Shown in pieces: positions 36,801 through 50,004 of a DNA stretch of 64,000 bases. The stretch's first letter is position 1. Each line of letters opens with the position of its first letter. Position numbers and translations under genes: made by a program. The notes under the pieces were generated by a model. The model saw only the letters and a list, made by a program, of their open reading frames with translations. It had not been told where the DNA came from and ran no database searches. Origin of the DNA: Antedon mediterranea (taxonomy: Eukaryota > Animalia > Echinodermata); contig NC_092670.1 in assembly GCF_964355755.1 (NCBI RefSeq), positions 23,112,795 to 23,176,794 on the forward strand, written 5' to 3'.

Positions 36801-37226
36801 GTCATTTTAATATGAAATAATAGTTTAATGAAATTGGTGAAAAAAGTTATTTACCTAAAAATACCATAATTTAAGGCAAAAATAGTCAAAATGGTTGCTT
36901 TTGGTTAAGATGTGAAGATTTTGTTTCTTCTTTTTTTTATGAAAGTGATTACTTTCATTAAAGTCTAATGTTAATAATTTTTTTTTTCTAATAATTTTTC
37001 ATGTATTTGGGGGACAATGCATCTTTAAAATATTACATTTTATATCTATTTTGATTATTATAATGATTGTTTTGATTGCAGGTATCCTGTTGACATGTAC
37101 ATGGAAAATGATTCTCTACTACAAATACCAGAAGATCTACATTTTGATTTCAACGTTAATTTGCCATGTCGTGTGAATTATTCTGCTAATAGTTTTGGGT
37201 GTATTACCGATATTCAATTTTTGTAA
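33882..37226 (+). CDS. Five-exon gene for a 264-aa tandem OB-fold (RPA70/HIN-like) nucleic-acid-binding protein
   Basis: Exons 33882-34133, 34690-34827, 36043-36243, 36637-36695 and 37082-37226. All introns are GT-AG, phases 0,0,0,2 join in frame, and the total is 795 nt ending in TAA. LSLNGTVMKVGE..KRRLLTL..IDVVLWGETA..ELRSTPSTVLE resembles an RPA1-type OB fold. Confidence 0.78.
34886..35673. mobile_element. Decayed MITE with long terminal inverted repeats in intron 2 of the OB-fold gene
   Basis: GCTAGTTTCGTTTCGTACC..TTTTATTTCGACTCTAAATTTGTTAAG mirrors CTTAACAAGTTTGAAGTTGAAATAAAAACAGGTGC..GGAACTAGC. ATGGAGCGCCAAAA..CAGTGGAAT mirrors ATTCCACTG..TTTTGGTGCTCCAT. Related ends occur at about 6102, 43299 and 49466. 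Confidence 0.7.
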
Positions 37227-37442
37227 GGTAACAGTTGTTTGCAAGTTTGTTTTAATGTGTTTTTATTTTATATATTTGTTGAAAAGTAAATTTAATGAGT
37301 TTGTACTTAAAATCATTAAATTTACTTTTATTATTTATTAATATACTGAATTAACATTGATTATTTAATAGACATATATGATAATCTTATCTACAAAATA
37401 TACAATGCTAATTAATATTTTTTTAAAGTAATAAAAGAAATA

Positions 37443-37890
37443 CATACCTCCAACACTATTGAAGGGTAGTTCTTAACTCCTTTTCTTCCATTATAAGTGC
37501 TGATATTGTTAATTTGATTTGTCATAGCACCCGACAGACCCAAGGTTGCTTCCCCCCCCCTCCACCATATAACTACGTCGATACAATTAAGTAGGGTAAT
37601 GCCTAATGTCAACACTTTTTTTATATTTTGGTGTTTCATAAGGTATATATTAATTGCGTACCTTAGATTTGTTTGTCAACCTCAACGAATTATTATCAAG
37701 AGTTGGTTTAAATTTGGTTATCATAACTTTCCTTCCCACTTCTAACATGAATAATTGTTTTGCTACTACACCTTCTGTCTCATTTATATAGCAATTTTTT
37801 TACTTTGGTATTATTACTTTAAGTTATTGAACCAACACTGAATATCTCCACTTCTTGAAGATTCCCTCTGTTCAAATTTTTCAATTATAA
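37443..37890 (-). pseudogene. Inverted decayed fragment of the OB-fold gene (exon 1 joined almost directly to exon 3)
   Basis: The reverse complement matches exon 1 up to its AAG|GT donor and, about 20 nt later, exon 3 (NCIDVVIW..SIVLEVC). Frameshifted. Confidence 0.75.
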
Positions 37891-38039
37891 TTTTATCAAT
37901 TTAAATGTTTAAAAAACAATATATTATAAACCAACTAACCTACAAAGTTTAATAAACACTGGATATTAAAAACTTGAAATCTGAAATGTCTTTTCAATTT
38001 TTAAGTAATCAATTTCAGTAAATTTTTTTTTTTAAATGC

Positions 38040-40080
38040 TGTATTTTGTTTCTAAATGAGGTAAATGATTAATGTAAATTTAATAATTTTGTATTTATAA
38101 TCAGTGTAATTTGCTGCTAATTTAGATAACTGTAAATTTTTTATTATAATCTTTGTATTTTGTTGTTAATTAAAATAATTTAAAATTAGTGTAAATGAGT
38201 TAAATGAATAATATAAATATATTATTTTTGTATTATATAAATTTATTAAATTATAAATGAAAAAATTTAAATTTATATTAATTATTTATATTCATTAACA
38301 ATAAATTACACTAACTATAAATACAACATGTAGGCTTCATGAAATATTTATTAGCAGCAAATTACACTGATTATAAACATAAAAACATTAAATTAACATT
38401 AATGATTTAACTCATTTAGCAACAAGTCACTGATTTTGAGTAGAAAATCATTAAATTTACATTAATTATTTATTTAAACTAGTGCCAAACTCAACTGATT
38501 ATAAATACAAAATAATATCAATATGTTAAAGGGTGGTCTTACCATAGAGATATTATGTATAGTGAACTATAATATCTCTATGGTCTTATCTGTTATCTCT
38601 TTAATTTTGTTTACATTTTATTTAGCCTTGAACATTACCAAAACAACCACACAATTTGGTAAAAAACAGAAATTATGCATTATAACATCCCCTGAAATTA
38701 CCTGTTTTTGTTTGACATCATGTTGCCCTTACATGGAAATCAAGATAAATTTAATAATTTTGTATTTATAATCAGTGTAATTTGCTGCTAATTTAGATAA
38801 ACAATTTAAATTTTGTATTATAATCTTTGTACTTTGTTATTAATTAAGATAATTTAAAATCAGTGTAAATTGTTGGTAAATGAGTTAAATAATGATGTAA
38901 ATATAATAATTTTGTATTTATACAAATTTATTAAATTATAAATACACTAATTATAATACAAAAAAGCAAAACTGATTATAAATACAAAATAACATCAATT
39001 GAAGGGTGGTCTTTTCTGTTTAATTTAGTTTATATTTTATTTAGCCTTAAACATTACCAAAACAACCACACAATTTGGTAAAAAAAACCCAGAAATTATG
39101 CATTAAAAAATCCCTTAAATTAGCTGTTTTTGTTTGACATCATGCTGCCATTATGTGGAAATCCATGTAAATTTAATAGTTCTGTATTTATAATCAGTGT
39201 AATTTGCTGATAATTAAGATTAACAATGTAAATTTTGTATTATAATATTTGTAGTTTGTTGTTAAGATAATTAAAAATCATTGTAAATTTGGGTTAAATG
39301 AAAAATATAAATACAACAAATATTCAAAATAAACTGATTATAAATATAAAATAATATCAATATGTTGAAGGGTGGTCTTACCTGTTTAATTTAGTTTACA
39401 TTTTATTTAATCTTAAATGTTATGCGAAAACCAACCGGATTTTTGGGTACATAAACAAATTGTTATGTATCCATCTCCATGATATAAGCAGAAATAATTA
39501 ATTTTGTTTGTTTGTTTTTTTACTAAATTCAATAAAAACTCCATACAAATTCTACAAGCTCAACTGTTGTAATTTGCTGCTAATTAAGATAAATGATTAA
39601 TGTAATTTTGATAATTTTGTATTTATAATCAGTGTAATTTGTTGCTAATAAATATTTATTGTAAATTTTGTATTTATAATTAGTGTAATTTATTGCTAAT
39701 TAGTATAAATAAATAATGTAAATTTGAATATTTTTAATTATTAATCTAAATATATAATGATTTTGTATTTATAATCAATGTTTTTTTTTTTTGCTAATTA
39801 CAGTAGATTAAATGTAAATTGAAATCATGTTGTTTAATCAGTGTAATTTGCTGCTAATTAAGATAAATAATGTAAATGTTGTATTTAATCAGTGTAATTT
39901 TTTTTGGTAAATAGTTAAATGATTAAAGTATGATGTGAATTTGTTTATTTTTTGTACTTTGTTGTTAATTAAGATAATTGAAATCAGTGGTAAATGAGTT
40001 AAATGAATAATATAAATGTAAATATAATAATGTTGTATTTATAATCATTGTAATTTGTTGCTAATTAAGATAAATAATTA
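38040..40080. repeat. Degenerate AT-rich repeat built on TTGTATTTATAATCAGTGTAATTTGCTGCTAATTAAGATAA, in both orientations
   Basis: The motif recurs many times and its orientation flips around 38290-38520. Further blocks lie at about 41400-41770, 44830-46500 and 47680-48300. Confidence 0.75.
38543..38582. mobile_element. 40-bp hairpin micro-MITE
   Basis: CATAGAGATATTAT...ATAATATCTCTATG forms 14-bp TIRs, flanked by GTCTTAC/GTCTTAT. An empty paralogous site GGTGGTCTTACCTG lies at about 39371. Confidence 0.75.
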
Positions 40081-41333
40081 TTTTAATCATGTTTGCACAA
40101 GATAACTATTAAATGTCATTATGATATGATTTAATTGTTTTAGTCATTTTTTTTATTTTATTTCATTTTATGTAAGCCGCTAGTCTTTACACAGTTATGG
40201 GGAAAATGGTAAAATCAGCATTGTGGTCATATGATGTTACAAGAGTTTTGCAAAATCAGCACATCGTGGGGCGCGTCAAACTGTTCGTTAATAGGCTTGT
40301 TTTATGGTAAAACCTTTTAACTACCCGATAAGCTAACAATTTCAAGTTTTGCTAAATAGTGTAAAACCAGGTGGGTATAATAAACTAATAGCTAAAGGGT
40401 CAGTATCAATCTTACCAACGTCGAGAAAAGCCGACAATGGAAAATGTCGTCTAGTCACCAATGTCGAGAAAGACCTTTCATTTGGTAGAAACATTAGTTA
40501 CTGTAAATGGAAAAAAGTTTTAACATGCACTTTGGTGAATGAGATATAAAAGTGTTTTTATTTTGAATAGTTGTGTTCTCTATACTGCTTATAACATAAA
40601 TATGTAATATTTAGATTGAAAACAAAAAAAATATATATTGAAAAAAAAAAGAAAATTGAAAAAAAAGAAAAATTGTTTTGGGGCATTTTTTTTTTATATA
40701 ACCATGAATCTAAAAAAAAAAATTAAAATGTAGCTTATTTAATAAGAATCATTTTTTCATATACTAACAGAAAGTGGTTTAAATTGTCAACAAAGGGAAC
40801 TGTTTTTAAAAACGAGAAAAAATAATTAAAATAAAAAAGAATGCGTTTTAATGTGAATTGTGCTTAAAAAGAATCCGGTATGATAAGGCCGTGCTATTTA
40901 TGTTATATTTTATGCCTAATAATTATCTAAATAGATTCGCGTATACACTCATCATGTTTGATTATTTTTATGTAACGATTGTTTTTTTTTATTCAAGTCA
41001 TATTGTGTCAAATTTTACTTTTACAAAAGTGCCCAAACTGTTGGAAAGTTGTGCATCCGTATGCGTCATATTTTAAAAATGAGAATGACAGTCTTCAACT
41101 TTCGATAAACAATAAATTATATTGTTATAGCGACACTTATATTAGCAACGTACAGACTTTTCTCTGAGCGGCGTGGCAAAAAAATGTTTGACATTCCATT
41201 CTCTATGAAATCAACACGTGTACTTCTCTTCCCAATAAACTGAACAGCGATAAAGTTCATTGACTGGCGGTGAATAAAAGGTAACTGATATGCCGATCAA
41301 ATAACATGTGGGGTTGTTTTGGTATTGTTTAAG

Positions 41334-41364
41334 CATGGACGTATAATTTAGATATAGGTCCAAG
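41334..41364. mobile_element. 31-bp micro-MITE with 7-bp target duplication
   Basis: GTTTAAG-CATGGAC...GTCCAAG-GTTTAAG. The inverted paralogue at about 39040-39070 has a single GTTTAAG. Confidence 0.65.
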
Positions 41365-42134
41365 GTTTAAGGCTAAATAAAATGTAAATTAAATTAAACA
41401 GAAAACAGATAAGACCATCCTTTAACATATTTATATTATTTTGTATTCATAATCAGTTTAGTTTGGTGCTAGTTATAATAAATAATTAATGTAAATTTAA
41501 TGATTTTGTACTTATCATCAGTGTAATTTGTTGCTAAATGGGTTAAATGATTAATGTAAAGTTAATGTTTGTATATTTATAATCAGTGTAATTTGCTACT
41601 AATAAATAATTAAATTTTGTATTATAATTAGTGTAATTTATTGGTAATGAAGATAAACAATGTAAATTTGAATAATTTTCGTATTTATAATTATTGTAAT
41701 TTATTGATAATTTAAATTAATTATTAATGTCAATTTAATGATTTTTTATTTATAATCTGTAATTTTTTGCAAATTACGAGACCCCTTTTTTAATCTAATT
41801 TTTAATTTGAAGGCATGATCAAAATGTAATATAAAAATAGCAATTTAAATCTAGTATTTTGTGCTGCCACTTAGCATAGTTTTTTTTTTCACTGCTCGTC
41901 ACCATATCGGGTAAATGTGATATACTTTACGTTGTGATTGGACATTTAGTTACTATTTTTGGTAATGACTGAACATGCGCACTTTATTGTTATATTGATC
42001 ATTTGATTGGTTAAAAAATGTCCATCAATGACGCTCATGCGCAAAAGTTGCGGTATAGTAGGTACGTAAACTAGTTAGTTAGTTGGATCAGAAAGTCAAT
42101 GTGAAGCCAAGGTGTATGGATTGTCGAGAGAGGG

Positions 42135-44022
42135 ATGTCGAAAATACGTAAATTGTATAGGCCTAGGCCTAGTCGAAAAATTTGAACGGAGGGAATCTTC
42201 CAAGAAGGAGCGGAGATCCTCGGTGTTGGTTCAGTGTTCGAATGTGGCGATACCAAAGTAAAGTATTGCTATATAATTTATAAATGAGATAGCATGCAGA
42301 ACGATTATTCATGTTAGAAGTGGGAAGAAGAGTTATTTTATGATAACCGAAGTTAAACGAAGTCTTGATATTGATAAACATTCGTTGAGGTTGACAAATC
42401 TAAGGTATGGAATTATTATTAATATTAATGTATATTTTTTGTTATTATAGGCCTAGGCCTATTTGTTTATTTAATTTACAAAAGTGCCATTTATTTGTTA
42501 TTAGGCCTAGCTAGGTCCTAGCTAGGCTACGTCTAGGTCTATGTATGTTAATATAAAATAAAATCAGTTAAAAAACTAAGACGGTACCTAAATACTTAAC
42601 CATGTTAACAATTATAATAGTGTAATACAATGTCATTTAATAAGATGTAGAAACCAGTTGATATATATAAATAATTGAATAATAAACAGACGTTGTTAAA
42701 GGAATAGGGAGGAGTAATTGTTTTTTGAGGGGAAGGACATTTCAGTCTTGAATTTTCTAATATCCGGTGTTTATTTAAACTTTGTCATCATGGAATTTGC
42801 AATTTGTAGGCTAGTTGGAGGCCATATGGTAGGCCTAGGCCTATCTATATATAACATTGAAATAACATTTAAATTGATAATATTATAATTGAAGTATAAT
42901 TGTTATGCCATATTGCCAGTATAATTGTAAATTCTGAGTTGTATGATTTTTTTTTTTAATAAATAAAATTTTCTGATGTTTGTTCATCAAATACAAATTG
43001 AAGTAAGAAATGACCAACCTGTGGAGTGTGGTGGTGTAAGCCTAGACCGCCTATATACATATTTTGTTTTAATGATTATTTTTCTTTTGTGTTAATAGGT
43101 CTTTACAAATATTGCTGATTTTAATGTCAATATGGAAGTTGTTCGTAATTTTGTCAGACTATCGACGGTGTCAATGTCAACAGCTAGGGGAAGCCCGAAG
43201 AAAACAGGGCTATCTTTGAATGGGACATTATAGAAGGTAATATTTTCTTTTGATTTAATCTAGGCCTAGGCTTATGTAGCACAGTTAGTTTAATGAACGG
43301 CGCTAGTTTCGTTTCGTACCTGAATTTTATTTCGACTCCAAATTTGTTAAGAAACTTTTTCCTGAATACCACACCTTCGAATTAGACCTCATATATACTT
43401 TTACGATGTAGAGTTACAGAAAAAGTAACAAATAAATCCTTTAAATTGATGAATTTACGACGTGTTTCTTGCACATGATTTGTCAATTTTGCATATATTG
43501 ACGTTTTTATGGAGCGCCAAAAGAGCCACTATAATAGAAGGCTAAAAGTCAGTGAAATGTGTATAGGCTATTCCTATTTAATGCATCTATAGTTTAATAA
43601 AATTGGAGAAAAAAGTTATTTACCTAAAAATAATGTAATTTAAGGCAAAAATAATCAAAATGGTTGCTTTTGGTTAAGATGTGAAAATCTTGTTTTTTTA
43701 AATTTTTTTATGGAAGTGATTACTTCATTAAAACTACAAACTGGGCTATTTAAAGTCTGATGTTAATAACCTTTTTTTTTTTTTTAAATAATTTTTCATG
43801 TATTTGGGGGACAATGCATCTTTAAAATAGTATTTTATATCTATTTTGATTATTATAATGATTGTTTTGATTGCAGGTATCCTGTTGACATGTTAATGGA
43901 AAATGATGCTCTCTCTACTACACATACCAGAAGATCTACACTTTGATTTCAATGTTAATTTGCCATGTCGTGTGAATTATTATTATAGTTTTGGGTGTAT
44001 TACTGATATTCAATTTTTGTAA
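42135..44022 (+). pseudogene. Pseudogene copy of the OB-fold gene
   Basis: ATGTCGAAAATACG start. Exon 1 (to ~42403) has an AGGCCT-repeat insertion and frameshifts. Exon 2 (~43099-43236) is disrupted, exons 3-4 are deleted (join ~43590) and exon 5 (43877-44022) has indels. Confidence 0.8.
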
Positions 44023-44239
44023 GGTAACAGTTCTTTGCAAGTTTGTTTTAATGCGTTTTTATTTTATATATTTGTTGAAAAGTAAATTTAATGATTTTGT
44101 ACTTAAAATCATTAAATTTACTTTTATTATTTATTAATATACTGAATTAACATTGATTATTTAATAGACATATATGATAATCTTATCTACAAAATATACA
44201 ATGCTAATTAATATTTTTTTAAAGTAATAAAGGAAATAC

Positions 44240-44690
44240 ATACCTCCAACACTGTTGAAGGGTAGTTCTTAACCCCTTTTCTTCCATTATAAGTGCTGAT
44301 ATTGTTAATTTGATTTGTCATAGCACCCGACACACCCAAGGCTGGTTCCCCCACCCCCACCATATAACTACGTCGATACAATTAAGTAGGCTAATGCCTA
44401 ATGTCAACACTTTTTTTATATTTTGGTGTTTTATAAGGTACACATTAATTGCATACCTTAGATTTGTTTGTCAACCTCAATGAATTATTATCAATAGTTG
44501 GTTTTAAGTTCGGTTATCATAACCTTACTTCCCACTTCTAACATGAATAATTGTTTTGCTACTACACCTTCTGTCTTATTTATATAGCAATTTTTTACTT
44601 TGGTATTATTACTTTAAATTACTGAACCAACACTGAATATCTCTGCTGCTTGAAGATTCCCTCTGTTAAAATTTTTCAATTATAATTTTA
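44240..44690 (-). pseudogene. Second inverted exon1/exon3 fragment of the OB-fold gene
   Basis: Near-copy of 37443-37890. Confidence 0.75.
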
Positions 44691-45006
44691 TCAATTTAAA
44701 TGTTTAAAAAACAATATATTATAAACCAACTAACCTACAAAGTTTAATAAACACTGGATTTTAAAAACGTGAAGTCTGAAATGTTGTTCCCTGCAAATTT
44801 TTAAGTAATAAATTTCAGTAAATTTTTTTTTTTAAATGATGTAATTTGTTTCTAAATGAGGTAAATGATTAATGTAAATTTAATAATTTTGTATTTATAA
44901 TCAGTGTAATTTGCTGCTAATTAAGATAAATAATGTATATTTTGTGTTATAATCTTTGTAATTTGTTGTTAATTAAGATAATTTAAAATCAGTGTAAATT
45001 ATTAGT

Positions 45007-45605
45007 CATAGCACCCGACACTCTGGAGGCTGCTTCTCCCCACATAACTATGTCGATACATCACTATGTCATACAAGGCAATAAATACACTGTTTTGTTT
45101 TTTGAAATCATAACATGTGATGGTAAAACTGAATCTATATTATATATATTTGGATTTTCTTTTATATAATTATATTAATAAATAATAGTTTATAATTGAA
45201 TATATACATCTGGTGAATATTTTATATCGACATAGATGTGGGCCTAATAACAAATAAATGGCACTTTTGTAAATTAAATAAACAATTATATTACCAAAAA
45301 ATATACATTAATTGCATACCTTAGATTTGTCTGTGAAACTCGATGAATTATTATCAAGGCTTGGTTTAACGTTTGGTTATCATAACTTTTCTTCCGATCT
45401 CTAACATGAATAATCGTTTTGCTAGTACACCTTCTGTCTCATTTATATAGCAATTTTTTATTTTGGTATCATTACATTTCATTACTGAACCAACACCGAA
45501 GGATCTCCGCCACTTAGAAGATTCAATCCTTTCAAATTTTTCGACTATGTACATCTTCAGTACTTTCGACATCCTTTCGACAACACCTTGACTTTACATT
45601 GACTT
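45007..45605 (-). pseudogene. Third inverted fragment of the OB-fold gene (complete exon 1, short piece of exon 3)
   Basis: ORF 45366-45572 MSKVLKMYIVEKFERIESSKWRRSFGVGSV.. parallels exon 1 and then frameshifts. Donor at about 45318; exon-3 remnant at about 45010-45060. Confidence 0.75.
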
Positions 45606-47299
45606 TCATTGAATTTTTGATTATAAGTTTATCAATTTCAATGTTTAAAAAACAATATGTTATAAACCATACAACTAGCCCACAAATTGCAAATTTCATG
45701 ATGACAAAGTTTAAATAAACACTGGTTTTAAAAATGTCAAGTCTGAAATGTGTTTCCTCTCCAATTTTTAATTAACAATCAGTTCGAGTAAATTAGTTAT
45801 AAAAAAATTGATGTAATTTGGTGTTAAATGATTAATGTAAATTTAATATGTTTATATTTATAATCAGTGTAATTTATTGCTAATTAAGATAAATAATTAA
45901 TGTAAATTTGAATATTTTTTTAAATTTATAATTAGTGTAATTTATTGGTAATTCAGATAAATTATTATTGGTGTAATTTGCTGCTAATTAAGATAAACAA
46001 TGTAAATTTTGTATTATAATTTTTGTACTTTGTTATTAATTAAGATAATTTAAAATCAGTGTAATTTGTTGGTAAATTAGTTAAATGAAAAATATAAATA
46101 TAATAATTTTGCTAATTGAGATAAATTATTAATCTAAATTTAATAATTTTGTATTATAATTGATGATTTTTTTTAAAAATTACAATAGATAATGTAAAGT
46201 GTTATCATTTTGTATAATCACTGTAATTTACTGCTAAAGATGTAAAGTTTGTATTATAATCTTTGTACTTTGTTGCTAATTAAAGATGATTTAAATTAGT
46301 GTAATTTGTTGGTAAATGAATAATATAAATATACTAATGTTATATTTACAATCAGTGTAATTTGCTGCTAATTAAGATTTTAAAATCAGTTTTATTGTTG
46401 TTGTTTGTTGACTTAAATATATAATATAAATATAGGCCTAATAATGTTGTATTTTTAATCGGTGTAATTTGCTGCTAATTAAGATAAATAACTATTGTAC
46501 TGTTTGCTACAAGATACCTATTAAATGTCAGTATGATATGATTTATTTGTTTTAGTCGTTTTTTAAAATGTTATTCCATTTTATGTAAGCCGTTAGTTGT
46601 GGTCATTATATGATGTTACAAGAGTTTTGCAAAATCAGCATATCGAGGGGCGCGTCAATAGGCTTGTGTAACTTTAGTACGTTGCAGTTTTGTTGTAAAA
46701 CCTTTTAACGACCACGATAAGTTAACAATTGCAAGTTTCGCTGAGAAAACCGGTTGGGTATAATAATAAACAAGGAGCTAATGGTTCAATATATCAAGTT
46801 TTTTAATAGTGTTTGATAAAAGGGGCAGATGCTTTTTTTTTTTTAGGAGTGTTCAAAAAGTGCGTGGTATGTGAGGAATTATTTTATCATTTCCAAAAGT
46901 GCGAGGCATAGTTTACAATTTCAAAAAGGTGCGAGGCATATCCTATTATGCTATATTATAGGCCTAAATAACCAACTGTTTATATTTTTATAATAGGCCT
47001 AGCGTATCTAAACAGATTGGTGTATATACCCATCATGTTGTTTATTTTTATGTAACGATTGTTACATATTGATTGTGTCAAATTTTACTTTTACAAAAGT
47101 GCCGAACTGTTGAAAAGTTTTGCATCTGTATGCGCCATATTTTAAAAATCTGAACGACAGTCTTCAACTTTCGATAAACAATAAGCGACACTCATCAATT
47201 GACTGTTATGTCATGCTTGTTGGTATTTCGAGCGTGTGTACTTTACAAATTGATTACAATCGATTTAATTACATGTCTCTCAAACATAGCAGAGTGAAA

Positions 47300-47560
47300 A
47301 TAATATTGTCTCACCCCGGTAGTTGATCTGAGAGATGGAAAATCCCTCCCTGAGAGGATTCGGCCTTGTGGCACGAGGTTTTAGCACCAACGCACAGCCT
47401 TCTCTCTGAGCGGCGTGCCAAAGACATTTTTGACATTCCATTCTCTAGGAAATCAACACGTGTACCTCTCTCGGAAATAAAGTGAACAGCGATGGCCAGG
47501 ACAAGTTCAATAACTGGCGGTGAATAAAAGGTAACTGATATGCCGATCTAATAACATGCC
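47300..47560. repeat. GC-richer interspersed repeat fragment, family not assigned
   Basis: TCTCTGAGCGGCGTG..TTGACATTCCATTCTCTA..GGCGGTGAATAAAAGGTAACTGATATGCCGATC is shared with 41145-41307. Confidence 0.45.
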
Positions 47561-50004
47561 GCAAAGAAAAAAAAACTGCGAGAGAATTCTGGAACGTGTG
47601 TGAAAAAGACTTACGCCCGACAACTAGGCCTAAACAAAAATTAAACTTTAGCTAATAATATGCCTAGCACTAATCTAGACCACCCTTCAACACATTGATA
47701 TTATTTAATTTTGTATTTAGTTTAATTTGGTGCTAGTTAAAATAAAATTTATTTAATAATTAATGTAAATTTAATGATTTTGTACTTAAAGTCAGTGTCA
47801 GTTGCTAAATGAGTTAAATGTTTTTATATTTATAATCAGTGTAATTTGCTGCTAATAAATATTTAATGTAGCTTTAATTTTGTATTTATAATTAGTGTAA
47901 TTTATTGCTAATAAAGATAAATAATTAATATAAATTTAAAAAATATTTTTTTATTGGTAATTGAGATAAATTATTAATGTCAATTTAATGATTTTGTATG
48001 TATAATTGGTGAAATTTTTGCTGATTGTAATACATCATTATGTAAAGTGTAATAATTGTGTATTATCAGTGTAGTTTGTTGGTAAATGAGTTAAGTAATT
48101 AATGTAAATTTAATAGTTTTGTATTTATAATCAGTGGAATTTGCTGCTAATTAAGATAATATATAATGTACGTAAATTTGGTATTATAATCAGTGTAATT
48201 TGTTGTAAATAATAATAAATAATATAAATATAGGCCTAATAATGTTGTATTTATAATCGGTGTAATTTGCTGCTAATTAAGATGAATAATTAATGTTCTG
48301 TTTGCTACAAGACAACTATTAAATGTCATTATGATATGATTTAATTGTTTTACTCGTTTTTTTTTTTTTATTGCATTTTATGTAAGCCGTTAGTCCTTAA
48401 GGGATGGCAAAATCAGCATTGTAGTTGTCAAGAGTTGTCAAAACAACAATGCAATATATATTTTTTATTAAATGATTTGCATAAAATCAATAATTAAATA
48501 TCAAAATAGAATTTAATATGATTGGTTTTTTTTTCATGAAAACACAACCTTTGGTCCAGGCTCAGATTGCGAGTGTGACCTTCACAAAAAGTTGTATACT
48601 TCCTAATCTATGGTGGCGCCGTATCGGATGGACAATCAGAGCCATATGCTTTGTGGACAATATTACTGGTACAGGGAAAACCTTGTGATTATTATATATT
48701 TTGGTACATACTACCTCCATATATCACTTGATGACGTCATGATACCAGATAGACAACATGAATTCATATCTACAATTCAACAACTTCCATATTAAATTTT
48801 AATCATTTGGGTCACTTTTCATTCCGATGAGATCTAAACAGATTAAAATATACTGTATAGATAAAATTAAGCAACTGATGTTATTCTAATTTTTTTTATG
48901 ATGACGTAGGCCTAATGAAAATTAAAAAATGTTTAACATGTGAAGGAAATTTGATTTCTGTTGAACATTACATTTGTTTTTTCAATAGGAAGTTAGGGCA
49001 CGATATAAATTAAACTTTTATGGTGAAAATGTGGTGAATTGTGTCTGGGCCTAGGCCTACAGCATTTATGTTACTTTTGGCGACGATTGCGTGCCATATT
49101 AGTGAAGAACAACGTGGTTACACCTCCATGTTGGATTTGTAATAATTTATTATAGTATTGCTCCCGATATTGCTTCGCAATTTTATTTGTTAAAACGAAC
49201 ATATAGCCTATATTACAAAAAGTTTAAACACAATTGTGTTAAATATAATAGTAAGAAATAGGTAAGATATATTTTGCTTAATTTGGATTTTTGATTTGTA
49301 ATATTTAATTGCTTTTGTGTTTGTCATCAACATGAAATGGCCTATTCTAAGATAGGCCTAGGCCTAGGCCTAGGCTAGTCGTATCCCGGATTACCTCTTC
49401 AGGAAGGCCTAGACCTAGCCTTGATTTAGCTGTACAGTACTGTAGTAGAGGCATAATGACGCTAGCCTAGTTCCACTTTGCATCTGGCTTATAATTATAT
49501 ATTAACTCCTAATTTGTTAACAAACTTTATCTTGAATACCATGCCTTAAAATTAACACCGGTATAATTATAGCCTACTATTGTACTACTAGTCTTAGTTT
49601 AGAGGTCTTAATAGCATTGTGTTAGCAAGGTGAGCCTGCTTTGTAAAGTTCTCTTCTATGCCTACTAGCCTAGGTAGGGGCTAGGCCTAGTTTTTAGTTG
49701 TATAAGTTCCTAAAGAGAAGAAACAACGACTCGTTGAACAAGCTTACAGTAGCAAGTAGCCTGGGTTTAGGCTAGTCTATACTATAGTCTAGTAAGTAGT
49801 AGTGTAGGTCAATTCAGTTCACTTTTTCACTTGTCTTATGTCATTAGCCTATATATTTTTGTCTTGTAGTTGTTGGAAGAGATATAAGTACAGTAATAAC
49901 ATTATTGTTTCTACAGTACTTCATAATCTCTAGAATATTGTAAGTAGTGAACATAAAATAAATAATTTGTAGAGATGATTTATGGTCTCGTGATTGGGAG
50001 AGAA

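Larger units (their letters stand above)
33430..48430 (+). repeat. Diverged tandem segmental duplication (about 33430-41770 versus 41772-48430)
   Basis: AATTACGAGAC...AAATCTAGTATTTTGTGCTGCCAC recurs at about 33430 and 41772. Promoter, exons, inverted gene fragments, AT-rich repeats and the 40.1-41.3 kb blocks recur in the same order. Confidence 0.8.

Noticed and set aside
46855-46945. Three AAA(A/G)GTGCG(T/A)GG motifs
   Set aside because: Too short and irregular to assign; probably a remnant of an unrelated repeat.
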